A stretch of 64,000 nt of DNA from Torpedo marmorata. Lineage: Eukaryota. The notes beneath the pieces were generated by a model. It had not been told where the DNA came from. It worked only from the letters and a program-made list of their open reading frames with translations, and did not search any database. This document shows positions 12,582-26,457 of this stretch, one piece after another. Within the stretch, counting starts at the first letter, position 1; each line of letters begins with the position of its first letter. The position numbers were made by a program, and so were the translations under genes. The stretch spans positions 38,378,001 to 38,442,000 of the forward strand of contig OZ360230.1 of NCBI GenBank assembly GCA_977017645.1. The letters run 5' to 3'.

Positions 12582-15119
12582 TTATTTTTTTAAAAATATT
12601 TTATTTAAATTTTTAAATCACAGAATACACAAAATAATTTTGCATATATTTCAAAAATACATGTGATATACATTTTCTCCCCCCCTTCCCACCCTCCCCT
12701 CCCTAACCCCTATATCCCCACTACTCTAAAAATAAAATATAGTAAAAGAGAAAAAGAAAAAGGAAAGATAGAAAAATAGAATGAGGAGACAACAAACTTA
12801 AAACTAATTTACCTTAGAGGTTATTTTCGCCAGTGGATCCGATATCTAGAGAATTTAAATTGTTAAACCCATAATCCTCATATATGGGCCCCAAATTTTC
12901 AAGAAAGAATGGTATTTATTTCGCAAATTATAAGTAATTTTTTCTAATGGTATACATGAGCGTAACTCTGCATGCCATCGTTCTAAACTTAAATCCACAT
13001 CTGACTTCCAAGTAATAGCTATACACTTTTTCGAAACTGCTAATACTATACGTAAAAATTCTACTTGGTACATATTTAATCTATTTCTAATACTAAATTT
13101 TTTAATATCTCCAAATAAAAATAACATAGGATCCATTGTAAATCCAACATTAAAAATTCTCTCTAAAAAATTCTTAACTTTCAACCAAAAATCTTGAATT
13201 TTTGAACATAACCATGTACAATGTACAAAAGAACCTATTTCACTTTTACATCTAAAACACATATCTGATAACGCTGGATTAAATTTCTTCAATTTTTTAG
13301 GTGTTAAATATAGTTGATGAAAAAAGTTATATTGTACTAATCTATATCTAACATTAATAACTTTAGTCATACTTAATTTACATAAATCTTTCCAATGATT
13401 TTCATCTATATTAACATTTAAGTCTAATTCCCATTTTAATCTAGATTTATGTAACCCTACTTTAGACATCTTTCTCTGAAACAATTTATACATTTGTGAT
13501 ATAAACTTATTAATATTAGCTTTAGTAATTAACAATTCCAATTCATTTTGTCTTGGTGCTATTAATTCATTCCCTAATCTCTCAATCAAAAAGGCTTTAA
13601 CTTGAAAATAAACTAACATTATATTATCTAATATATTAAATTTTTCTTTTAACCTTTGAAAAGTAATAAATCTACCAGCTTCAAAACAATCTTTTAAGGT
13701 CTTAATTCCCTTTTGAAACCATATTTTAAGTAATTGATTGTCAATAGAAAATGGTATAAGCGGATTCTGATATATTGGTGTATTTAAAGAAATTGATCCT
13801 TTCGACCTATCTCTTTATCTACCTGTGACCAAATTTCCAACAAATGTTTAATAATTGGTGAATTTTTCTTTTTAACTGTTAAAAACTGTTCCACTTATAA
13901 ATAATCTCTTCTTTATGTATTTCTCCTATATTATTCAATTCTATATTAATCCAAGCAGAAGATTTAGTTGAATCAAAAAATTCATTGATAAACTTTAATT
14001 GAGCTACTTTATAATAATACTGAAAATTGGGAAGTTGTAATCCTCCCATCTCATAATTCCATGTTAATTTATCTATACTTACTCTTGCCAACTTTCCTTT
14101 CCATAAAAATTTCCTAATAACAAATTTTAAATCTTAAAAAAATTTATTTGGAATACCATAAGGAATCGATTGAAAAAGATATTGAATTCTTGGAAAAACA
14201 TTCATTTTAATACAATTTACTCTTCCCATCAAAGTTATAGGTAGGTCTTTCCAAAGTTCTAAATCTTTTTTTATTTTCATAAATAAAGGTATATAGTTTA
14301 ATTTATACAAATTTTCCGACTTTATATCCACTTTAACTCCCAAATATTTAATACTTTCTTTAGCCCATTTAAAGTCCGTAACTTCTCTACATCTAGTATA
14401 ATCCCCTTGAGATAAAGCCAAAATTTCACTTTTATCTGAATTAATTTTATATCCAGATATCTCACCATATTCTATCAATATAGTAGCCAATTGCTGAAGT
14501 GATGTAACAGATTTTGTCATATATATTAATACATCATCTGCAAACAAGCTAATCTTATGTTCTTCCCTACCAACTTTTATTCCCATTATGTTTATATCTT
14601 CTCTAATCATTTCAGCTAAAGGTTCTATTACCAAAACAAACAAAGCAGGTGACAGAGGGCATCCCTGTCTTGTTGATCTTGATAACAAAAATTTTTGCGA
14701 TATTTGTCCATTTGTAACTACTTTAGCCGTAGGTTCTTTGTATATAGTTTTAATCCAATTTATAAAATTATTTCCAAAACCAAATTTTTCCAAAACCTTA
14801 AATAAAAAATTCCACTCTACCCTATCAAAAGCCTTCTCTGCATCCAATGTTACCACCAATGGTAAATCTTGTTTCTTCTTATATATATTAATCAAACTTA
14901 TCAATCTAGCTATATTATCTTTCGAGTATCTATTCTTAATAAATCCAGCTTGATCTGAATATATTAGGTTTGGTAAATATTTAGCTAATCTATTTGCTAA
15001 AATTTTTCCCATTATTTTATAATCTACATTTAACAATGAAATAGGTCTATAAGACTCAGTTTTCAACACATCTCTATCTTTCTTTGGTATAACCGTAATA
15101 ATAGCGTTTAAAAATGTCT
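12582..15119 (-). mobile_element. 5'-truncated L1-clade LINE (ORF2 RT plus Cys-rich C-terminus) nested in the pogo 5' region
   Basis: YRPISLLNVDYKI, LDAEKAFDRV, TRQGCPLSP, LFADD and a C-terminal CFRC..GSFVHCTWLC. G-rich 3'UTR, AATAAA and A-rich tail. TSD TCGC(G/A)ATGATT at 12571-12581 and 15120-15130. Confidence 0.93.
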
Positions 15120-15219
15120 TCGCAATGATTGAGCTGCTGGGCGTTGACCGACGTATAGGTCGACCCACAACGATCACGCTGATTGAGCTGCTGGGCGTTG
15201 GCTGGAGGTGATTGTTATC

Positions 15220-16555
15220 ATGGAGGCTCAATTGAAACGACGAAAGTATGAGGCGAGTTTTAAATGAAAAGTTATAGAAATGGCCAAGAAAACCAACAAC
15301 TGTGCTGCTGCAAGAAAATTTGATATATACAAGAAGTTGGTAAGAGATTGGAGGAAGAAAGAAGATACTTTAAGAAAAATACCAAAAAGGCAATGTTCGA
15401 TGAGAAGAGGAATCACTCGTTGGCCAGAGTTGGAAAATCATGTCGCAGCATGGGTACGTGAACAGAGGCAAGATTGTTACATCGTCACCCGAAATAAAAT
15501 AAGAACATTTGCACTGAAGTGGGCAAAGTCGCACCCAGAACTCAGTAATGATTTTGAAGCTACAGTAGGCTGGTGCAACCGTTTCATGAACAGGAAAAAT
15601 CTGGTTTTACGACAAAAAACTAAAATTGCTCAGAAACTACCAAAAGATCTTGATCATAAAGTTGTAAGTTTTCACCAGTTTATTATACGTAACCGGCAGA
15701 AACACAAGTTTGCATTGGCAAATATTGGAAACATGGACGAAACACCCATGAATTTGACATGATAGGCAATAGAGCAGTGGAATGGAAAGGTGTGAAAACT
15801 CTGCAAACGAGGAGTACAGGACATGAAAGGACCAGGTTTACCGTGGTGTTATCGTGCATGGCCAACGGGACAAAGTTAAGACCCATGGTAATCTTCAAAC
15901 GCAAACTTAAACCTAAAATAAATTTCCCAGCAGGTATTTTTGTACATTTTCATGAAAAAGGATGGATGGATGAAAATGGTGTAAAACTATGGATAGACAA
16001 TGTGTAGACAATGTGTGGAACAGGCGGCCAGGCGGTTTATGCAAGGAACGGAGTTTGCTGGTCTGGGATATGTTTCGTAGCCACGTAACTGAGAAGACTA
16101 AAAGTAGATTAGCACAACATAATACTTACATGGCGGTTATCCCGGGTGGTTTGACGTCTATATTGCAACCTCTCGATGTCTGCTTGAACAAGCCATTCAA
16201 AGACCATGTGCGTGAAGAGTGGAATACATGGATGACGAGTTCAGAAAAATCATTTACAAAAGGCGGGGTAATGCGTGCTGCATCGCTTGATGTGCTGTGT
16301 GGCTTCGTGCTCAAGGCATGGGACAAAGTGAAAGTAGAGACTATAATAAAATCATTTAAAAAGTGCTGTATCTCTTGTGCAATTGATAGTACGGAAGATG
16401 ATTTATTGTGGGACACTGACGACGAAGCTGAAGACGCCTCATCAGATACAGACTGGGACCCGTACGATGACTGTTTAAACAGTGAGACCCCGGATGTGCT
16501 TGCCGAGATCTTTGCCTCAGACGATGATAGCGAAAGTGATTTTGAAGGGTTCTAA
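15220..16555 (+). pseudogene. Disrupted pogo transposase (Brinker-like DBD, CENP-B-type HTH, DDE_1 catalytic domain)
   Basis: ATG at 15220 (MEAQLKRRKYEASFK*KVIEM). In-frame TGA at 15265-15267, frameshift near 15755 (NMDETP) and an 11-bp duplication near 15995-16016. Catalytic residues D(ETP), WD and QPLD, with 35 aa between the last two. Confidence 0.92.
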
Positions 16556-18187
16556 ATGTCTTGTTGTTTTCAATAAAAATGTCAATGAAAATTTGTTGCA
16601 GTCGGGTTTTTTTTTGGTTTTTCAAGGGTCAACTTATACGCCGAATCGTGTTTTCAAGGGTCGACTTATACGCCGAATCGTGTTTTCAAGGGTCGACTTA
16701 TACGCCGAATCAGCGTGGACTGGATTTTGAGCTGATTTTAAGGTCTCAAAAGTATATCCGGCGTAAAAGTCGACCCCCGTTTTTTGAGACATTTTTGAGG
16801 GTTTCAAGGGTCGACTTATACGCCGAAATATACGGTATGCACTATATCTGGTCATTGTCATTTCTGATCTGGCACTCGTCCATAGCTTTACAATGTGTCT
16901 AGCTTAAAAATCTTCAATTCCTTGCAATGGTTCACCTTAATAGGCACACGGAGTACACAAAAAAAAACTAATTAATCATTTATATTGGCTGGTTTTAGAT
17001 AACAATAAGTATGAGTGCTATAAAAAAAAAAGCCAGATTTCATCTTGGTACTCAATCCCATTACTCACCTCACAGCTCTCTCATCTTAGGTGGGACTCTG
17101 GACAGGGTGGTGTGATGGTGCTTTTTTTCTTAACTGAACAACCACACAGTAAATGGGAAGGAGCCTTAGTCCAGAAAGCACGTGGTTCATCAGATTGTAG
17201 ACATTAAATAACCTCAACTACATAAGGAACAGGTGGTCACCAAAACAGATCTGGCCCAATAAAACTCACACTCAAACTGAATTGTATCATGATTGACTAA
17301 CAGGTTCTTGGAATAATTTCAAGATTGTGCTTGCAGTGGATATTTAGGCAATGTTTCCAAACCACCACTGCATCTACACTGATATTGATGATGTCACCTG
17401 CTCTTCAACCAGTTTACAAACATGCAGTGAGCGTATTTGGCATTCTATACATAAACCACCAGAACCTCCGCTTTTTACATTTCAGCCTGGGCTCACTCGG
17501 AGACATAGGTTATGTTGTGTTAGGACATGAAGCAGCAGGAAGAGTGGGCCACTTTACTTCTCAACATTTTAAAATATTGTAGCTGTCCTGATTGTAACCT
17601 CAGCTCCACATTTCGTCTGCCCACAGATGCCTTTCACCCCTTTTCTTATCAAGTATCTATTTGCCTCTGGGTTAAACATATTCAGAGCTCTGTTTCCACT
17701 ACCCTTTGAGAAAAAAGTTTCAAGGGCTCATGGTTCTCTGAGAGAAAACATTTTGTCACATCTCTGTCTTACACAAGTGAACCCTTATTTTTAAAACAAT
17801 GGCCCTTAGTTCTAGATTTCCTCACAAGAGGAAACATTTACTATATATCTACCTTGCCAAAAAATCCCACAGGTTCTTGTTTCAATCAAGTCTCCCCCAC
17901 TCTTCTAAACTGCAACCAATATGAATGACCTTTCCTCCTATGATAATCAGCCCATTCCAATGAAATCTCTGAACTAATTCCAATGCATTTGCATTCTTCC
18001 AATACTGTATATAGTCCTCCAGATATGGTTTCACCATGCCTTGTTTAACTGAAGTATAACCTTTATACTTTTGCGTTCAATTCCACTGGCAATAAACAAT
18101 CATGATCCGTTAGCTATCCTAATCACTTGCTATACCTGCATGCTGAACTCAGAGCTCTGCAATTTCTCACCATTTAAATAAGATGCT

Positions 18188-19085
18188 CTACTCGTTATAC
18201 ACTCATGACTGTGTGGCCAGGCACAATTCCAATGCCATATACAAGTTTGCCGATGACACCACAGTTGTCGGCAGAATCACAAACGGCAATGAGGAAGCGT
18301 ACAGGAGGGAGATAGATCAGCTCGTTGAATGGTGTAATGGCAACAACCTTGAGCTCAACGTCAGCAAAACCAAGGAGATGATTGTGGACTTCCGGAGGAA
18401 GTCAGGGGAACACGACCCAGTCCTCATCGAGGGCTCAGTCGTGGAGAGGGTCAAGAACTTCAAATTCCTGGGTGTCAACATCTCCGAGGATCTGTCCTGG
18501 AGCATCCACGTGGATGCAATCACAAAGAAGGCTCGTCAGCGGCTATACTTTGTGAGGTGTTTGCGGAGATTCGGTATGTCACCAAAGACTCTCGTAAACT
18601 TCTACAGGTGTACCGTGGAGAGCATTCTGGCTGGTTGCATCACTGCCTGGTATGGTGGTGCCAACTCCCAGGACAAGAGTAAACTCCAGAAGGTTGTTAA
18701 CTCGGCCTGTGACATCACAGGCACCAAACTTCACTCCATCGAGGACATCTACATGAGGCGGAGTCTTAAAAAAGCAGCCTCTATCCTCAAGGACCCCCAC
18801 CACCCAGGCCATGCCCTCTTCACTCTGCTACCATCGGGAAAAAGGTACAGGAGCCTAAAGACAAGCACTCAATGGCACAAGGACAGCTTCTTCCCCGCTG
18901 CCATCAGATTCCTGAATAATCAATGAACCAAAGACACTACCTTACTTTTCGTGCACTATTGTTTATAATTTTTTATAGTAATGTCGTTAGAATGGTTAAT
19001 ATGAATGTTAATTGCTCTATGATGCTGCCGCAAAACACCGAATTTCATGACTTGTTCATGACAATAAATTCTGATTCTGATTCTG
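18188..19085 (+). mobile_element. Young 5'-truncated Rex1/Babar LINE
   Basis: Open 247-aa RT C-terminal ORF 18183-18926 and a (TTCTGA)3 tail. TSD AAGATGCT at 18180-18187 and 19086-19093. Confidence 0.93.
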
Positions 19086-19172
19086 AAGATGCTATTATTT
19101 TTCCAATCTTACTGCCAAAATGGACCATTTCACATTTTCCCACATGATTCTCTATTTGCCATATCTTTGTCT

Positions 19173-19572
19173 CTTCTCTGTGGATTGTCACCTTGTCGTG
19201 GTGGAGAAGCTTGTGTGGTCCTGAGATCCCGAGAGTGATGCCGTCTGGAGCTATGCTCCTGGTAGGGCCACCCATGGCGGTAAGGTCAAGGGTGAGGTCC
19301 CTGACAAAGAACAATCCAACCAAGTCCTCAACGGTGGAACAGGCAGATGAAGTTACTTCAAACTCATCGGCTGTGAAGGCAGACAAAGGCTGCAACAAAT
19401 CCATCAGCTCCATGCCATTGGAATTAGTTGGTTGATTTGTGAAGTATCGTGTGCTTCTTGGAGTGCAACATTAAGTACATGTTAAACAAATGCACGCACA
19501 GGCGTCTTTGCTCTGTGATCAACGGAATGAAGACCATCATCCTCGACCTCAAAGGATAGCCACGACGACGAC
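19173..19572 (+). mobile_element. Non-autonomous RTE-derived element (RTE/Expander-type 5'UTR plus 3' tail)
   Basis: 5' end GTCACCTTGTCGTGGTGGAG...GGTAGGGCCACCCATGGC...AGGTC...GACAAAG resembles Expander/BovB 5' ends as recalled. (ACG)n tail. TSD CTTTGTCT at 19165-19172 and 19573-19580. Confidence 0.8.
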
Positions 19573-21101
19573 CTTTGTCTACTCATTTAACCTATCCTAC
19601 CTATATTCCTTTGTTACAAACTCAATTACCTTTCATGGCTTGCTTTCCTACCTATCATTGTGTCTTCAGCTGCTTTACTAACCATGCCTTTGCTGCCTAT
19701 AACCAAGCCTTTTCATAAATTGTAAAAAGATGAGGCTCTAGCACAAATCCCCGGGGCACATCTCTCATTACATCTTGCCAACGAGAAACATATTTATTTA
19801 TGTCTACTCTTGTATTTCTGGAAGGCTGTCAATGTTTTACCTACACCAGCAGGTTACTTCCCAAATCATGGGCTTTATTATCAGCAACAAAGTTTGATGA
19901 GGGACCTTATCAAATGCCCTCTGGAAATTTAAATTCATACATCAATCAGTTCCCACTTATCCACAGCACATGTAAGTAACTTCCACAAAGAACTCCAATA
20001 AATTTGTCAGCATGGTTTGCATTTCACAAGACCATGCTGCCTTCACTTGACTACCCTGAATTTTCTTAATTTTCCTGTGCAACTGTCTTTCATGATAGCT
20101 TCTCACATTTTTCCAATTACAAACGTTGAGCCATCAGACCTACATTCTCCCACCTTCTGTCTCCTTTTATGAATAAAGGAGTTACATTTGCTATTTTCTT
20201 GTCGAAAGGAACCTCCCAAATCAAGAGGATTTTGGAAAATTAAAACCAATGCTTCAACTATCTCACTAAACACTTCCTTTAAGACCTGAGGATGAAATCC
20301 ATCGAGACTTGTTAGCCTGCTTGATCCAACAATTACATAGGCCCAGTGATTGGATTTTTCCTGAGTTCCTTCCTTTATGTAAGATATCTGCTGGAATATG
20401 TCAAATGGCCCCAATTGCCAGCAGACTTCCCTCTGATTCATTCCCAACACAAAATGCCAAGAACAATCTCTACTTCACCATACCAGTGTACTGATGAAAG
20501 ACATCTGCAGTAGACAATGGAAGAAAGAGACCTGCCTAATCCTTTTACACGGGCTGGGTGTTCTAGCATTGAACTCACCAGCATTCTTCCCCATAGCAGC
20601 AACTCACCACTTTGCTATTGCACGGTTTGTTCTGTGAAAATCAACTGCTTACCTGTAAAATGTTGACAGCACTTCAAAGTTAGTAGGTGTATATGAAGTG
20701 AATGTAACAGATTAACAAATCAACGGAAGCAACCCCTTGATTGTAGACGGCAACTTACACACATAGAATTTACTGAGAAGAGCCAATTGATCTATCTGGT
20801 CTATGCTTCTCATGAGCCTTCTCCCACTCAACTCCAGCTCAAAATATCAACCTACAACTAGACACAATCAAATTAGTTGACAACTCACTGATATACAATA
20901 TTCTCTATTTTATCAGAATAGGATTAGATGGAGTGTGTTCTCAGTCCTGCTTCTGTAGAAATCAACTATTTTTTCATCACCTTACTAAGCAGCTGAAAAA
21001 AGATGTTAACTTATGTTTAAATATTTCACCAAGGTTACCTAATGAATTGCAGTCTACTCATTTTGCAATAGGGCACTGAAATGTGCATAGAGTACTAAGT
21101 A

Positions 21102-21818
21102 CAGTAAAACCCCTTCTATCCAGAATTCGAGCAACTGGCAAAACAAAATTGAGGAAAATAAATAAATAAAACTTAAAATAAATAAGAATAAATAAAAATT
21201 TAAATAAAAGTTTTAAATTGTAAAAGTAAATGTTCTCTGAAGTAACACATAAACCTTTGGTGAAGATGGGAGCAAATATTCAGCCAGCGGAGTGCTTTGG
21301 TCGTGCTTTGCTCGTAGCAGCTGTTTAAATAAAGTTGTATTTGAATAAAATGGCGTCGCCCAGGATGAAGAGCTGGTTGATGCCACTCGCCATTGGCTGT
21401 CTGCTTAGTAAGAGTTTTAGTAAGAAGCTCACTCCCTGCTTAGTAAGAGTCTTTATCTTTATTAGTATATTATTAAGTATATCAGTAAGTCTTCATCTGT
21501 AAACTTGGGGGAGGGGGGGGTTAATTATCTGTAATGTTATTGTTTGTCTTTCGGGCGGCTCCGTGGAGGTGTAGCGACGGTTAAATGTTTTCAAAGAATG
21601 TGACTGAAAATGAAGTAAAATTCTTTAAGGTTTATATATTCATGCAAGTGAAGTTTGTTCAGTGTAAGTACAGTATAGTATTATTGTCTTTTAAACTGTT
21701 TATTCTTAATGCAGTTGTATAAGTTAGGCATTGTAAGAGTGAGTCTCAAGCAACTGGAAAATACACTTATCCGGCATCTACCAATCCCCATAGGTGCCGG
21801 ATAGCAGGGATTTTACTG
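21102..21818. mobile_element. Tigger/pogo-type MITE
   Basis: TIRs CAGTAAAACCCC.../...GGGATTTTACTG with TA TSD at 21100-21101 and 21819-21820. A related fragment lies at ~38120-38190. Confidence 0.85.
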
Positions 21819-24800
21819 TAATTACAATTCTTCTGCCTTCATGTTCTTGGCTATAGAGAGTTTTGTCTTCTCATTGTCCCTGGTGAAGATCCACTGTCCA
21901 TACCATAGGATGCGCTGATCACTTCTCAAAGCTTCTCACCAGTTACCCAAGAGTTCTAGGTGCAAATAATGTCAGCCATTTCTGAATCAGCTAGCATGGT
22001 TTTGAGGCATATTACAGCTTAAGAACCAAAAGCTGTTTGGAATTAGCACTAAAAAGGGTAAAGCAACGCTTCCCTCCTGTGCCTATATCTGATTTTTTTT
22101 TATTGCAACCAATGAATCACTGGTTTCTGTGTAACAAGATGCCATTTGTCTCAAATCAGTCTGGACTACTGTTACTTGTTAACTTTGTTGCCTCTGTGAG
22201 GCTGCAGGAGTGATTTAACTCTTTCACTTCCACCACAACCTTGACAATGAACTGAAGGGCACCACGGCCGATGGGTTCAGGCAGAGATAAAACAATAGAA
22301 CTAATCATTTTGAAAGGCAGGGTGCACTTATTGGGTCAAATCAAGGTAAGTGATAGCAAGCAGGTCGGCAGAGGAATGAATGCTGGTCTTTGGCCATTTG
22401 CAGCACAGCTCGCTTCTGACATCTGTGCCTGCTCACCTCCAAGATGAGCTAAAGATCAGATGCCAACACATCTAATCTTCACCATCAGCTCCCAATGATT
22501 CCAGCAATGGGGCATGGAGAGAGGTGGAGAGAGGATCCCTTGGTGTCTTGGATTTATTTGAATGAAGTTGCCAACTTCATGCAAAATATACATGCAAGCA
22601 AATGTTGAAATAATTCAATGTTTTGAAATAAATTGTTCACATTATATGGTGCCTTCAATTAAATATACTTTAATGAAGACATCAAGTCCTATTGCACAGG
22701 AACAAGCCCTCTGGCCATGCTGACCATTGTACTTATCTGTACTCATCCCATTTACCTGGATTTGGTCCATAACCTTCTGTTCAAAGTTGTTGATAGCATT
22801 CAGGATGGGCCCTTATTGGTATACTACCTGAAGCCTAATCACTGCTTTGAGCCTATTAAGCCTCACAATATGCTCCTGGGTTTGGGGTTAGGATCATCTT
22901 GTTTGGACTTCCACATCTGGAAAGAGTGAGTGTGGACAGTCAAGCAACAAAGGCCCTGAAACTGGGCATCAAGCTGAGTCCAGTACAATCTTGCCCATAT
23001 GTACACTTATCTTATCAGGAGTACTGCCTCCTCATCTTCAAGTGAGACTTATCCTGTTGGCGGGGACTCAGTGACAGAACATCGAGAAAGAGTTCCAGTT
23101 CCAGTGTTATTCCACTTGCAATCTGCATTTTATTTCTTTTTGCTATGCCCTGTTTTATAAAATGTAAGGGCTCTCACCAGATATTGTTTAGGTAAAGATG
23201 GAAACATTCTTTAAATTTCACAACACATTTTTCCACAGAATTCCAAAACTAATAGTCCTGCAACAGCCCCTTTCATTTAATGAAAGCAACAACATCTGGT
23301 TGCAAACCAAACAAACTGATAATATTTCGACTGAATGGGGAAAGCTATAATTTGATGCTCAATATATATTTTGAATTTGTTCCATTCAGAGGATGCATTG
23401 GGCCCCTGAGTCTTGCTACATACTGTATGCAGTTACTATATTGACTCACCAAACAATTGTAAGATTAGGATTTAGCCTTCAGAGGATATGCTGTTTCACG
23501 TAACCGTGTTGAAGAGTCAGGATTTAAAGTGGAGGTGTGAGTGAATGGAAAAGAAAGGGAGGATGCACATGGGTGAGGATAATCATCTGAAAACAATTAA
23601 ACACTCGTCCGAGTGGGGTTTATTACAGAAGTCCATTTATGAGATGATGTAAGATGAAGAGACGGCATTGGGAGGGTGAAGTGAGGCTGACATGGTCAAG
23701 TTGGCTTTTGGGGTGGATATTGAGAGGAAAGAGGTTAGAATACAAAAGGGAACTCACATATACAACAGCCAGACTTTAGGACTGAACTGCTAGCACTAGA
23801 AAAATATACATAAAATAGTGGTTAATTGAACTGAACTTTGGTAAGGGATTAAATTGTTTCTTTAAAAGCCCCTTTGGTGAAGTGACCAAGGTTGTCTTTC
23901 AGCCTCCAAAAACTGGATTTGAACTGGCAGATTCTGGCCCCAAAAGATGATGATTCCAGATATTCATCTTGTTCTTTTTCTTCCTTACATTCCCTGTTAT
24001 CTTTAAAAGAAAAGTAAAATGATGACCACTTGCCATTTTTGTTGGTGTTATGTGGTGCCCTCAGTTTTTTTTTCTCCAATTTCCAAGCCCCAGCTACACT
24101 CCAAAGTTTTGCAGGTGCGTGTTTCTTTAATGAGAGCCTTTAAAAGTGTTGGAATAGTAACAGTGGAACTGCTGTTTCTAGCTGCCAGTCTGGTTTTCAT
24201 TAACAACTCAACAAATCAAATTCCTCTCTACCAGCACCCAAGGCTGGATCTCAACTATCATGCAGCAATAATTATGTGCTGGGCGGGAATCCATTCAAAA
24301 AATTATAAGACACACTGTGTGACAAGCATGTAACTGAATAAGCTTTCAATCTTTTTTTCTTGCAGGAGGGAGTCACTTGGTTTCTATTTAGGACAAAAGG
24401 GAAACTATGGGTTATTAAAGTTGTAAGGGCGAGTAGCTGTGCGAAATGGAGAACCCCCTAGGTAGAACACAGGGCACGATAACTAGAAACAGATCAGAGA
24501 GGAGGCCTTGGAGCTGATTGGGATGGATTTTAAGATGTACTACTGTATGGTAAAACTCCACTGTATTTCAGCCACTTGGACTCAGTAACACATTGACTTT
24601 TATTTCCCCCCAACTGTTGCAACAAAATATTAAAAATGCGACTGCCATATTTAGAATTAAATGGTTCTGAAGTGAACTTTCTTTCGGCTGTACTTGAATT
24701 TCTAACGGCGTACGAGTGTAAATCTCGTGTGGTATCAGGTGTTGTTTCGAGGGAATTGAGGAGGCTTGTGGGAGCTACCACTAGATGTACATATGAGGAA

Positions 24801-25599
24801 CATTCTGAAGGAATGCAAAGGCTCTCAGTGAGCGATCCCAGATAGTTATGGGTGCATGTTCAGAGACACATTTTATTCTCAGAAGATGGTTGGTGTACTT
24901 TAAAAGAATTTACTGCATTTTGACAATTTAAGGCTTGTGTGAGAATTGATAACAACTCACATCCTTGAAACTAAAACCTTTATTTGTTTAGCTTTTAGAA
25001 AAAAAATCTTTCCAGCAGTAAAGTGAAACAGGATAATGCATCTAGCGAGGAAGTAACTTGCTGACAAGTAGCAAGATTAGGGATCCCTCATTATTTTGAG
25101 GAACTTTGCGCCTGTCCTGGGATAGGAACATGGATTATGAGCAGTGGTGATTAGTGGATGCTGTTCAGGAAATTCCAGCAGTCCGATGGGCTGTTAGCAC
25201 ACAGCCTACTGATTCATATGTCATCTGCTAGCTATAAACTCCAAATTTGCTGTAAACCCATTATTTAAACACACTTGAAATAAGACATTGAACAAGTTAA
25301 TTAGCTGGGTAATTAGAAACCAACCACACGGTTAGGAACAGATTCCATTTGTGATACTGGTGCATGCACATCGGAAAAACAAAAAAATGCATTTAAGCAT
25401 TTAAGAAAGGGTTAGAAATGTTGGCGAACCACAACTCTGCAAAACCACTTTCTGCTTCAATTTGTGAATAGGTTACCTTTCAACACGCTTAAAACAAGGA
25501 TGATTTAATAGATTGCTTTGTCCTTGATGAAAAATGCCCCCAGCCTCAATCCAAACAAAGCATCTAATGTGCGGTTGGCTTTTTTTTTCCTTTGGCAAG

Positions 25600-25812
25600 G
25601 CAGCTCTGTACTGATAAGACCGTTGCCTGCTATTCTCCAAGGACTGGAGCTGCTGGAAGACTGCAACGGAACTCATCCCCTGTTACTTCTGATGCGGGTG
25701 ATCTTCCGACTCCATGGCGCCAACCACAACATGTTACCCACCGTGAGAGAGCAGGACGCAGGCACTGGTAGTCAGGAGTTATCGTCTATCATACTGATTG
25801 ACGAAACCAAGA
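25600..25812 (+). other. Putative internal exon (213 nt, phase 1-1), gene unidentified
   Basis: CTAAT branch-like site, T-rich tract, AG acceptor and GTGAGT donor. Open frame SSVLIRPLPAILQG...IILIDETK. CpGs retained relative to the flanks. Confidence 0.35.
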
Positions 25813-26457
25813 GTGAGTAGAAAAAATAAACATGAACAGAGACTGCAGTGTTTAGGGCAGTCAGCTGGGAGTTTCAGTATTTGGCCTCCGTGATCCCAGT
25901 CTCATGGTGGGTTATCTTTCCCTTCTGCTATCATTTATCATAACTCTAAGGCCAGGGAGAAACAAAACTCAGAACATTCTATTAGTTGCATTCATTATGC
26001 TTTCTCCTTCCTCTAACCCTTCTTCCTTTTAACAACACCCCATCACTTTCCACCCCCACCCAACCCCTCACCTCACTAAAGTTCCATCCCTTCACATCCC
26101 AATCCCTGAAGCATTATGAAATCCAACACCAGAGCATAATCCTATTCAAGTAATTGGCCTGTTTTATTGATTCAGAAATTTACGCACATACATTTTAGCA
26201 CAGACAAACTGAGTTAAATATTTAACCAACACAAAGGCTGAACTATATTAAAATAAATTACTTTCTGGTAGCATGTTGCTTCTTTTCTTGTTCTTCTCAA
26301 ACTTAACCAGAAAAATTAACTACAGAATTTGTTTAAAATTTTCAAGATTCTAATTTATTTCTCTAGATGATCATGGTGTCTGTTAGTAAAACATGTTAAA
26401 TCGTATAGATATTAAACATCATTCAGACTTGAGCCACAGTGGCTCATTCTCTTTAGG

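Larger units (their letters stand above)
12409..16835 (+). mobile_element. Full-length pogo-superfamily (Tc2/Passer-like, DD35D) DNA transposon
   Basis: 27-bp TIRs CCG(C/T)ATATTTCGGCGTATAAGTCGACC. TA TSD at 12407-12408 and 16836-16837. Subterminal repeats of the TIR core (31-bp tandem at ~16620-16710). Internal transposase. Confidence 0.95.
17690..20330 (-). mobile_element. Old CR1 LINE split by a Rex1 insertion and an RTE-derived insertion
   Basis: Minus-strand peptides KIWQIENHVGKCEMVHFGSK and DGFHPQVLKEV..EIVEALVLIFQNPL are CR1-like. Boundaries approximate. Confidence 0.75.

Noticed and set aside
14134-15231. 365-aa ORF as a novel RT fusion protein
   Set aside because: The first ~37 aa are antisense pogo sequence read across the L1 5' truncation point, so this is an insertion artefact.
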